Origin: a virus
Length of the DNA: 64,000 nt
Virus record (IMG/VR): IMGVR_UViG_3300027759_000050
Span: 1 to 64,000 of that record
Reading direction: 5' to 3' (one strand)
The translations under genes were made by a program, and so were the position numbers. The first letter of the stretch is position 1, and every line of letters starts with the position of its first letter. The notes under the pieces are model-generated. The model was not told where the DNA came from. It searched no databases and worked only from the letters and a program-made list of their open reading frames with translations. This document shows positions 38,301 through 45,581 of the stretch, piece by piece.

Positions 38301-39333
38301 TATAACCATGAACATATGCAACACCTTTACCTATGTTTAAATCATATTTTGTCGATGAGATTGAGTTTGCAGAAGGTGTCAGTTTAAATTCATTTACAAT
38401 GTAATCACCGTTAGTTTCATAATCACGCTTTGCAAAGTAATCATCGATGGTTGAATAAACTGTACCGTCAACTTGTTTAAGAATACTTCCGTTTTCGATG
38501 CGAACTAATTCAATAAAATTATCATCGTTACCTAGTGTTAGTGGTAATGTTACCAGTGTTAGTGTAATAACATAACGGTCTGCACCTGGTGCTTGGTAAT
38601 TTGAAGCACCAACAGCCGGATCCAATAAAGAAGAATCATTTATATAATCATAAATCGTTTCTGTTATTTGGAGACCGACACGATAAGATGGTACATTATC
38701 ATACTTGTCTAAGATGATTGTTTGTGGGTCGACCTGTACGAAGTTACCAATTGAATATTTGATACCGGTTATGTCTGAAACGGAATAACCATTAACAATA
38801 TAGAAGACACCACTGGAAATTGAGGCAACCGAAGATAGTCCTGTAGATACACTTGATGCTGTAGTAGTTGCAACAGAAGCATAATATGTTGATCCTGATG
38901 TTGTTACAATAACAGTACCGTCTGTAAATTGAGCTCCGGATAAGTATGTTACAATCAATGTAGGTGGATCACCAGTCGTGGAACCACTGGATGTAGTTTC
39001 GGCTGTGGCTAGAACTCTAGCTAGAATTGTTCCACTTGCATCTTGAATTATTTGACCTGCAAAATTTTCAGCAGTAACAGTTAATCCATTATATGTGTTG
39101 TTTAACTTGATAAAATAACAATTTTGATTAACTGTTACTTGGCCACCAGAAACTGGAGTATTTTGGGAGAAAATTGCAGAAGCAAAATTTGAAATTTGAT
39201 TTTGCAGAATAGTCTGCGATTGGGTTAATTCACGAGCTTGAACCGCGGATCCGGGTTTAAAAAGTATGCGGTGAAAGTTTTTTGATGGATCAAAATCGTC
39301 AAAATAGGGGCCAACATTGAAATTTAAAGACAT
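32398..39333 (-). CDS. VrlC-like large baseplate structural protein (DUF4815 type)
   Basis: NV.PYFDDFD..KNFHRILFKPG.AVQARELTQ.QTILQNQ, APGADR, KGVAYV.GY, LE.RV.NLEYYTSLS.LE, RFKNGILVDDF, DPLAQTF, W.ADQ.KDL.F, FAIKVVL. Confidence 0.88.
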   Translation of the reverse strand: MSLNFNVGPYFDDFDPSKNFHRILFKPGSAVQARELTQSQTILQNQISNFASAIFSQNTPVSGGQVTVNQNCYFIKLNNTYNGLTVTAENFAGQIIQDASGTILARVLATAETTSSGSTTGDPPTLIVTYLSGAQFTDGTVIVTTSGSTYYASVATTTASSVSTGLSSVASISSGVFYIVNGYSVSDITGIKYSIGNFVQVDPQTIILDKYDNVPSYRVGLQITETIYDYINDSSLLDPAVGASNYQAPGADRYVITLTLVTLPLTLGNDDNFIELVRIENGSILKQVDGTVYSTIDDYFAKRDYETNGDYIVNEFKLTPSANSISSTKYDLNIGKGVAYVHGYRVESQSDIKLTNDRAQSVANISNNPVFIDYGNYFVVDTSNGVFDISTMPQVDFHCVPASNVVSTNTKTYSATLAGSAFIRNMKYVSGTGSTTKNYIYNAYISDFSANTLTGNVTSGTANTFTITDTTGSFSPVANAYYGITVSMNTGGLIDSRRIVSYSGSTKIATVDSPFTVTPTASSKFSLIFKNADIESIIKTAGSGSYAMTANVNINASSGKVNGLANSDTILYSQVSPEMIFQIGYPYVAQLITTSYYTQRVYRSKTFTGTTLTLQSTSGNASNPLKFQGTGTLDSSTAQQLFMVIDNSTGSVMDFTTSGNTISISGDKTTATFTVGSGVGTGKNVTIIAQVQVSSGDSASYVLKSKSLVTGNTTTVGSLSLISGTNSYQDLTTGQITIKNSDIATTGKMSLYVNDVKKITKVIDSGVAGTNPTGSLSGYTDVTSYYTLDNGQRDNYYDHASVSLIPGAPRPAGNILVVVDYYSHSQASSGDGYFSIQSYNSSGSTYGGVSSSPEAYAQIGTYTAKDGVNYALRDCIDFRPCRVNGQTSYIWEYSGAQSSSNDLGMLIPNNLSNFTGFYQYYLGRKDKLVLTTDKSFNIIQGTSSVNPSLPNEPSGSLVIANLSHDPYTAFVPGEGTPGVTSNLSINKVLHKRWAKEDITDLETRVNNLEYYTSLSILEQKASSQQIADANGLNRFKNGILVDDFSSFGTADTYNPDYAANINVRKNQMTALQSVQNFQLQNPVVLAGLGTVANTGSYRINSINNAQTNLFTLPFTTENVAFQPLASSTVSVNPFNVSVKEGILNLNPPMDNWVDVTQAPAVLVTDPNFQVYQSSDGVNLLSSGDYQTIPGTTTFKTSSSTSTTGNGEQGSSTTTTVTETYASQIKNTVSGTYNPTSSTFGINNGYLTNIAILPYIKNQSIIISATNLLVNSNVSTYFDGVDVSQYLSNPNTIELTGVSGTFNKNDIVGFYIANVFYPVARVINVYYYPNTTKIRLYVADMVGVPNSLGSTTLRNATFDVNGNYVSSSASGTVPAGAIVNISPSGKISGVGGGWSNTLNGSTTTQLYATPVVQNYSTLLNNYGIWGDATNGTSFNFTSPVTFTSAGTYTIEVGASGSAFVYANGTSIGASLSSTPASTTTFTYTVATAPVVVKIGFAATSSGTTTSSFGMTIKDSGSNIVYSTINPPISYVNAGTKVAMPGGGEWFIDATQLRLDPSKASNTSNYYVGSNISVTSKYVYIYNNKYYDKIQTFKSVITAYDVSTKLVTLSTPVNLSLGTNSQVGGDLTSVYSISGSLTKINAAVQAGTALAKPSTDEAGNFVAIFNIPSGIFKTGSRVFRIDNRTVATDFTTATTFAEATFTASGLSTTVQKLNFAPSIDSSTSVFTQVSQISNQFISSSTTSRTTSWDNRPNNSDPLAQTFIVSKDNYPNGIFLYSIKIFFYSKATDNSPVTISVVPTLNGYPTGDTLDYSTVTLEPSKVNVSTSPHYLDPSSYTEFVFAAPVYIQSGVLYAFIVKSTSKDYVVYYGQQNQTAIPSTAKAKVTDPNPTNPTKIGAAPYVGALFESQNSITWTADQTKDLMFIIEKCLFSTTTASIPFLIPKNLPYRKMGSQDILNKLDANSASNLFGNYSPNRRYGALNITTTDLAPTGTGVNYTYATTLSSGNVPTGYNSVNPGRLGSPTSEDIYLADGNGERVLLKHTNTSFSLSATLSTSDPDVSPIISDDGLTLYTVSYNINNMGIGNNIISIADPGYGYNVLATTISISSPDIGSNVATLGLTANANGAITSVYTITSGAGYINTPTITISNPTTRGGNANVVITVAGETSPSGGNAIAKYFTKKVVLAPGNDSGDLRVFYTAYKPLGTAVYVYYKILNSADTSPFESGNWQLMTTLQNPNTYSKSRTDLYEYECAPGIFASNQANNSISYTNSTTGQTYDSFIQFAIKVVLATSDNTLVPFLTDIRALALPAGTGL

Positions 39334-39342
39334 TTTTTTCCT

Positions 39343-40767
39343 TTAGTATCCTAGTACAAATTTAAATTGTTCGATGCCATCATTACTTCTTTGAACACCA
39401 ACTCTATTCTCAACATAGGTTATATATCCTGAGAATGGAACGAGAGATGGTTCAGTTACAGATAAAACAACCCTAGACGCACCTGAGGTTGCACCAATAA
39501 TTGTTTGGCCAACAGTATAAGTTCCACTTGTATTTATCAACTGTAAAATATTACTTGATGTATTAAAATTTAAAACGGTTGCGTAGTAAGTTATATTACC
39601 ATTTGCATCTTTTTGTTGCACAATCTCATCGGCCGTGTATACATTTCCTTGGCCAGAAGAAAGAAGGAATTGTGTTGTTGTATTATAAATTGCACCGTTT
39701 GCTAAAACAGGACCTGATGTTCCATAAGTCTGTGGATTAACAAGTATGCCAACCTGATGATAGTTTACACCAGTTGTTGGTAAAACTCCACTCTCAGTTC
39801 CATTAAATTCAACCGAGTACATAACATGATTACAACCCAATTCAGAAATTGGATCATATGCGTGGCCACCAACTGGAGAAATTGGTGAAATTGCTGTTGC
39901 TCCAGTGCCTAAAGGTGAAATAAAAGATAAATTTGATGAGGTGTATGCAGTTATTGTGACATTTGCGCTAGTGTAATTTTTACCTGCAAAACCAGGTTTC
40001 ACTACAACATCCTTAATTACACCTGCGGTTATTTCAGAACTAGATATATTTGCAACACATCCTGTACCGTCTCCTGTAACAGAAACAACAATAAACGTAT
40101 TAACTGCATCATAACCTGTGCCACCGTTTGTTATATTGATTACCTCAACGTCTCCATAACCTGCATTGGTCAAGTAAGGTTGTGGTGTATTTGCACCTAT
40201 TGGGATAGGCATCCAATCAGTGTCTAAGAAATTTTTCTTGAGGTTGGCATCAACGGTATACATGTACTTCCACTTATACAGGTCATTACCTTGATAGATG
40301 TTGTTTGTTCCATATGAACCTGGTTGAAAATATGGTTCAGAGGTGGATAATCCGCCGTTATTATTCGCTAGACACTTGAAGACTTGGTCGTATCTATTCT
40401 TTACATAAAAATTATACATTGGAAACCCATTGGCATCCTTTGCATTCATGTTCACGGTGCCTGAATAGGCAAAAAAGTTGGTGTTATTTGCCCAATTGAT
40501 TCTTTGGATTACCGGTGAAATATTACTGGCATTTAACAATTTAACCGCAAACATATTCTTAAAGATTTTCTTTAATGAATACTGGTCTTCTTGTGGTTGT
40601 ATTGGAGTTTCTACAGAACCAACTAATGGCCATGGATCTTCTTGGCCAAGAAATATATAAGTTGAATTAATCGAAGCACCATTGAGTTTCACTGACGGAT
40701 TGTAATAATCCGTCTCAACCCTGATTACTTTTGCTTGATTTGTGAGGATGTTTTTATTTGTAGCCAT
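39343..40767 (-). CDS. gp8: Baseplate wedge subunit
   Basis: YIFLG...PW, VIQRINW, FYV.N...VFKCL.NN, D.YKWKYMY, W.PIP, P.GGH..DP..ELG, YVENR..V.R..D..E..K.VL. Confidence 0.88.
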   Translation of the reverse strand: MATNKNILTNQAKVIRVETDYYNPSVKLNGASINSTYIFLGQEDPWPLVGSVETPIQPQEDQYSLKKIFKNMFAVKLLNASNISPVIQRINWANNTNFFAYSGTVNMNAKDANGFPMYNFYVKNRYDQVFKCLANNNGGLSTSEPYFQPGSYGTNNIYQGNDLYKWKYMYTVDANLKKNFLDTDWMPIPIGANTPQPYLTNAGYGDVEVINITNGGTGYDAVNTFIVVSVTGDGTGCVANISSSEITAGVIKDVVVKPGFAGKNYTSANVTITAYTSSNLSFISPLGTGATAISPISPVGGHAYDPISELGCNHVMYSVEFNGTESGVLPTTGVNYHQVGILVNPQTYGTSGPVLANGAIYNTTTQFLLSSGQGNVYTADEIVQQKDANGNITYYATVLNFNTSSNILQLINTSGTYTVGQTIIGATSGASRVVLSVTEPSLVPFSGYITYVENRVGVQRSNDGIEQFKFVLGY

Positions 40768-40771
40768 GATT

Positions 40772-40779
40772 TATTTATT
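40772..40779 (-). promoter_or_regulatory. Late promoter box (AATAAATA) 4 nt before the gp8 ATG
   Basis: TAATAAATA-AATC-ATG; no SD sequence. Confidence 0.55.
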
Positions 40780-42418
40780 AAGCGTGTACAACAGAAACAA
40801 GAGTATTTGCAAGGTCACCATCTATAGAAAAGTATCTCATGTATGCAGCACTAGTCGCAGGAATAGTGAATGTTGTGGAGTTTGTTGTGGAATTAAGTGC
40901 AGAAATACCGTGTGTTACCGTTCTATTGGTACCGCTTGTATTGATTAACCACAATTCCACCACTTTACCTGCGGTAAAGTTACTATGTGAAACCGTTAAA
41001 TCTGCAACCAAATTGGCTTTAATCAAAGCGTCTGTAGCATAATCAATGGTAATTGTTGTTTGATTTCCAACAGGAAGTCTAGGTGTGTAGATGAAACCTT
41101 TTTGTGGATTAACAACACCTGTAAATTCAGCAGAATTTCCGTTTAAGGTTAGAATGTTTGTCAGTGTATTTGAACCTGTTGTGCAATTCCAAAATTTAAT
41201 CTGTGAACCTGTATTTGCATCTGTATAGTTTTCGGCCGCCATAAAATCTATGCGACCTGTTCCAAAAGCTTGATATTTTGTTGTTCCGTAACCATTGCCG
41301 GAGAATCTACATAATATATCACCAGTTTGAACAGCTGTTGGATTAGATACATTACCTCTTGCTGCACGACCTGCATATACAGCATATGCGCCGGTGCCAT
41401 AAGAATCTGAAACAATCCTTGATGGAATGCCATTTTTACCTGAAATATGAAGCATATAACCATCGTTTGATGGTGTTGCAACTGTTGGTGATGCTGTAAT
41501 TGTCACGGCAGCTTCTGTCGCAGTGAAATTTGAATTTGCAAGTATCATAGTACCATTAACAGTCAAATTGTTCAAGATGTTTAACGAACCATTAAAATTC
41601 CCTGTAGTATTTGCAAGTGCGTTATTTGCTTTAACAAACGCTGAGTTAGCAAATAAAGCTCCCGAATTTGCTGTAACAAAAGAACCATTGGCAAATAATG
41701 CTCCAGAATTTGCTGTATCGAAAGCTGAAGTAATACTTGTGTTCTGTGTGGTATTGATTGCTGATTGTGTTGTAACAGTTGTATTAGCTAACGCAAATGC
41801 AGCCTGAGAGTATGCATTAGAAGCGGCCGCAGTTGTCTGTGTTGTACCATCCGAAAAAGTAATGTAAGACTGTGTATTTAATTTCAATCCAGTGTTTGTC
41901 ATCCATGCAACAATATTTTGACTCATTGTTCCACCTGCAATGAATTGAATTCTTGCGTTTGCAGATGCTGTACCTAAGATTAGATTACCCTGAGCGCTGG
42001 CATCTGTAACTCCATGAACATACAGATACCCGTCATAAGGTTTGAATGCAGAATAATAAACTGGATCATTATATTGTGGATTACCAATACCCATGTCGAT
42101 GTATTTGGTAATATTATCAGAATCTATAGTAGATGCCACAAAATCAGACGATGAATAAATTCCGTTTGCAAAATTTTGTAGGTTTAACTGCACATAACTA
42201 TTAGCCAAACTGGAAAACTGTGCTATTGTATTTGAATAACTAATCCTGTTATTACCCACAATCAATGCAGTATTTGCAAACAGGCCTGCCGCCAATGTTT
42301 CGGCCGAAAACTGGAATGTTTGTGCGGAAGGTATATCAACACCAACAAACAGAGTATTTGCTGTGTTTGCATTGATTGTTGTAAATTGAGGTAATTCTGA
42401 GATTTTAATTGTTGACAT
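40778..42418 (-). CDS. Baseplate-associated fibre-like protein
   Basis: N-terminal IKISELP; modules shared with other fibres (Q.N.QN....SSDFV...YIDMGI...DGYLYV.G; ITFSDGTTQTTA; short A-N heptads; RG....PTAVQ.GD.L..F.G.GY). Confidence 0.7.
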   Translation of the reverse strand: MSTIKISELPQFTTINANTANTLFVGVDIPSAQTFQFSAETLAAGLFANTALIVGNNRISYSNTIAQFSSLANSYVQLNLQNFANGIYSSSDFVASTIDSDNITKYIDMGIGNPQYNDPVYYSAFKPYDGYLYVHGVTDASAQGNLILGTASANARIQFIAGGTMSQNIVAWMTNTGLKLNTQSYITFSDGTTQTTAAASNAYSQAAFALANTTVTTQSAINTTQNTSITSAFDTANSGALFANGSFVTANSGALFANSAFVKANNALANTTGNFNGSLNILNNLTVNGTMILANSNFTATEAAVTITASPTVATPSNDGYMLHISGKNGIPSRIVSDSYGTGAYAVYAGRAARGNVSNPTAVQTGDILCRFSGNGYGTTKYQAFGTGRIDFMAAENYTDANTGSQIKFWNCTTGSNTLTNILTLNGNSAEFTGVVNPQKGFIYTPRLPVGNQTTITIDYATDALIKANLVADLTVSHSNFTAGKVVELWLINTSGTNRTVTHGISALNSTTNSTTFTIPATSAAYMRYFSIDGDLANTLVSVVHA

Positions 42419-42421
42419 TTT

Positions 42422-45400
42422 TTATCCTATTAGAAGCCATTCGTTTGTTTCTGATGTTAATATATCGCCGTTCTCTGTTCCCAATTGTGCAAAATATTGT
42501 GTTCCCACTGGTCCAATGATTTGTACATTATCATATAGAGAAGTGAAACTTCTTCCTACGGAGACATATCCGTTTGCGCCACTTGTCAAAGGACCACTCA
42601 AAACAACTGAAGTAAATGGTGTATTGAATGCTGTTACTGTCTGAGCTACTCCATTAACTGTAATCTTATCTCCAACACGAATAATATCCAATATAGGGTA
42701 TGCGGTGTTACTGTAAGTACCATTATTGACAATATTATAACTCCATGTCAATGACTGTATATTTATTATCTGATTATTACCATTGGCCAAAGAAGATGAT
42801 ACAGCCACATTAGCAAAATACGTCCAAACATTATCTTCCAATGTTACTGTATTCGCGGCATTGTTTACCTTAACAACCATACTATGAACAACATCATTTA
42901 TACCTGTTCCATATGTAAAGACCAATTCTGTGGAGTTTGCAGTAATGAAATCGGAAACATTGGCACCATACATATTATTAAATTTAACAATGTTGTTACT
43001 TGGATTTGCTGCATTTCCTGCTGGAATTGTTACCGTTGCTGCAAGACCGGCATAATAACTTAATCTGTAACCAGTGTCTAAAGCATCAGATACTTCAAAA
43101 TCCATATTACTATTTGAGGCCATTGCAATACGGCCAAGAACTTTTGTTCCAGATGGATGCAATAGATTTAATAATACTTCACGATATTTTTCTATCTCTT
43201 TAGAGAGTGTAATTTGATATGTGTAGTTATTATAGTCAGTGCTTTGTAGTACATCGAACGCACTTGGTTGGCCTGTGGTATCTAAATATTGACCATCTCC
43301 TATAACTAGACCTGACAGGAAAGTTGCATTTGCTTTTGCGAATCCATCACCATATGAAATAATACCGTTAGCTGAATCAAATCTTGTATTTTCTACAGAA
43401 TTGTCAAAAGTTGTATTATGGATGTTTGTATAACCTCCGACCAATGTAACTGCGGCACCCTTTGAATCAATTTTTAATGGTAGATTTTTGTTTGGTATAG
43501 AATTGTAATTGTAAACTCTCAGTTGGTAAATACTGTTATTTGCAGGAACAAAATTCTCTAAGACATTAATCGAATCTACAAAAGCTGTATATGTTGCAGT
43601 ATTTGTATTTGCACCCTGATATATAACATCACCAGCTGAAGGAATCATTGATGAAAAAACATTAGATACAATTAAATCTTGTACTTTAAGTGATACTTTA
43701 GGTGCACCAACATAATCTTCACCGTTATCTATGATATTAAATGATGTGATTGAGCCGACACGATTCAATGCTTGTGAAAATGTTGCACCTGATCCTAAAA
43801 TACCAGGAATTAATAATGATGCTGTTCCTAGATAATACAAATTTGCATTTAGAGTATATGAAGAATTAGAAGTCAAAATCATTGAATTGGAATTTACAAC
43901 AGTCTTAACTGTTCCAATAATGATATTAGTATTAGAAACCAATAAAGCACCGTTGCTGAATTGTGATGTAAAGTTTGTTCCGTTTCCTGTAACCACATTG
44001 CTCGTGGTTGAAACTGTTACATTACCACTACCGGTGCGACCAACTACAATTGTGGGTAAATTAAAGTAACCCATTCCACCCAGTGTCATTCTGTTTGTTG
44101 AATTACTTACATAATCGACAGAAACAATTGAACCGGTACCGTTTACGGTCACATTTGCAAATGCACCATAACCTGAACCACCAATGAAAACAATTTTGTC
44201 GTTGTTAGAATAACCAGAACCTGGATTAATAATTTGGATTGGTGCAAGAATACCTAAATTTTGAAGCTTGGTCTGTGAATAAACATCAGTGGTATATTCT
44301 GAGATTGCTTGAATATCTGGCGGAGCAGAAAAACCACCACCTTGATTTTCAACAATAATAGAGGATAAAGGAAACGTAGAAAAACTAGCAAAACTGAGTG
44401 CATTTGCTAAAGTTGTATTTGCATTTGCACTGGATAGGTTTGCAAACTGATATACCTGTTGTGTCCATAGGCCAGTAGATGAGTTATATGTGTTTGCACC
44501 AGAACTGCCTGCAATATTGCCCAAATAGTGATACTGTTTTAACTGAATACTATCTGTGGGTATAAATGTTACATTTGCAATACCTACAGGATTTAAAGAA
44601 CCAACAACAGCAATAGGTGCTTGTGGATTTGTACCGACTAAATTTGAAAATTTAATAAATGTATTGGCGCCGCCTATTTGTGTATTAGCTATAGAAGTTG
44701 TATAACCATAACCTTCTGAAACAACACTAATACGTTGAATGGAACCTGAAGTAACTGAACCAACCTCAACTGTAGCTCCAGTAGGATTAGATACATTTGA
44801 ATTTAAACCACCATAAACAACAACTGGATCTTTTGCTTGATAAGCTAAACCTCTATTGTTTGGATCAATCTTAACTTGACTAATTTGACCAACAATTTGA
44901 GCTACTAATGTTTCTGATCCTGCTGTTCCAGCTGGTACAATTTCGCTGTTTAAAAAGTAAACAGGTTGATTTGCAGAATCTACAACTATTACATTTTCAC
45001 CAGATTGGAAAAGTCTTTCGATGTTTGAAATGAATACTTCGGTTTTAAGACCGTCATAAATTGCCGCTTCAACTGTTCCTATAGATTTTGAGGTTTGGCC
45101 AAACAATCTGAGATTTTGAATAGATAAGAAGTTTTTATTACTGGTCGCCAACTTCAAACTTCTAGGTACATACCATTTACCTGAAGAAGCTTTAAGAACT
45201 GCATCTTTTGTGTAGAAAAAATCTACATCAGAATTATAAAGTATTCTAAACAAAAATTTATAGGATGCAGGCGTACCTTTACTTTGATACAGTTGCTTTG
45301 CTATCTTGATTGCTTTTGTTTTGTCTGCCAATATTTCTTGTGGAAAATATGACATAAAATCATTCACATAATACTGTAAAAACTGTTCTGTGGTTGTATC

Positions 45401-45577
45401 CACATCCATGTAGTTAAGTAAATTCTTGGAAAAATCTAATGTGTTATTTTGTTGTTCCAACCACTCATAGTAAGCTTGTATGAATAGAACAAAATTGGCG
45501 TAATTTGGGTCCTCGCTAATGAATTTAGGAAGCTGAAAAGGGACCAGTAACGATGTTTTATTGGTACTTTGTAACAT
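42422..45577 (-). CDS. gp7: Baseplate wedge initiator (gp7-like)
   Basis: QLP.FI.ED...FV.FI.AYYEWLE, D.D.T...F, K....LY.SKGT..SY.FLFRILY, ASSGKW, LQ..DY..Y.Y.I......KY...L.NLLHPSGTK; lies between gp6 and gp8. Confidence 0.8.
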   Translation of the reverse strand: MLQSTNKTSLLVPFQLPKFISEDPNYANFVLFIQAYYEWLEQQNNTLDFSKNLLNYMDVDTTTEQFLQYYVNDFMSYFPQEILADKTKAIKIAKQLYQSKGTPASYKFLFRILYNSDVDFFYTKDAVLKASSGKWYVPRSLKLATSNKNFLSIQNLRLFGQTSKSIGTVEAAIYDGLKTEVFISNIERLFQSGENVIVVDSANQPVYFLNSEIVPAGTAGSETLVAQIVGQISQVKIDPNNRGLAYQAKDPVVVYGGLNSNVSNPTGATVEVGSVTSGSIQRISVVSEGYGYTTSIANTQIGGANTFIKFSNLVGTNPQAPIAVVGSLNPVGIANVTFIPTDSIQLKQYHYLGNIAGSSGANTYNSSTGLWTQQVYQFANLSSANANTTLANALSFASFSTFPLSSIIVENQGGGFSAPPDIQAISEYTTDVYSQTKLQNLGILAPIQIINPGSGYSNNDKIVFIGGSGYGAFANVTVNGTGSIVSVDYVSNSTNRMTLGGMGYFNLPTIVVGRTGSGNVTVSTTSNVVTGNGTNFTSQFSNGALLVSNTNIIIGTVKTVVNSNSMILTSNSSYTLNANLYYLGTASLLIPGILGSGATFSQALNRVGSITSFNIIDNGEDYVGAPKVSLKVQDLIVSNVFSSMIPSAGDVIYQGANTNTATYTAFVDSINVLENFVPANNSIYQLRVYNYNSIPNKNLPLKIDSKGAAVTLVGGYTNIHNTTFDNSVENTRFDSANGIISYGDGFAKANATFLSGLVIGDGQYLDTTGQPSAFDVLQSTDYNNYTYQITLSKEIEKYREVLLNLLHPSGTKVLGRIAMASNSNMDFEVSDALDTGYRLSYYAGLAATVTIPAGNAANPSNNIVKFNNMYGANVSDFITANSTELVFTYGTGINDVVHSMVVKVNNAANTVTLEDNVWTYFANVAVSSSLANGNNQIINIQSLTWSYNIVNNGTYSNTAYPILDIIRVGDKITVNGVAQTVTAFNTPFTSVVLSGPLTSGANGYVSVGRSFTSLYDNVQIIGPVGTQYFAQLGTENGDILTSETNEWLLIG

Positions 45578-45581
45578 TTAA

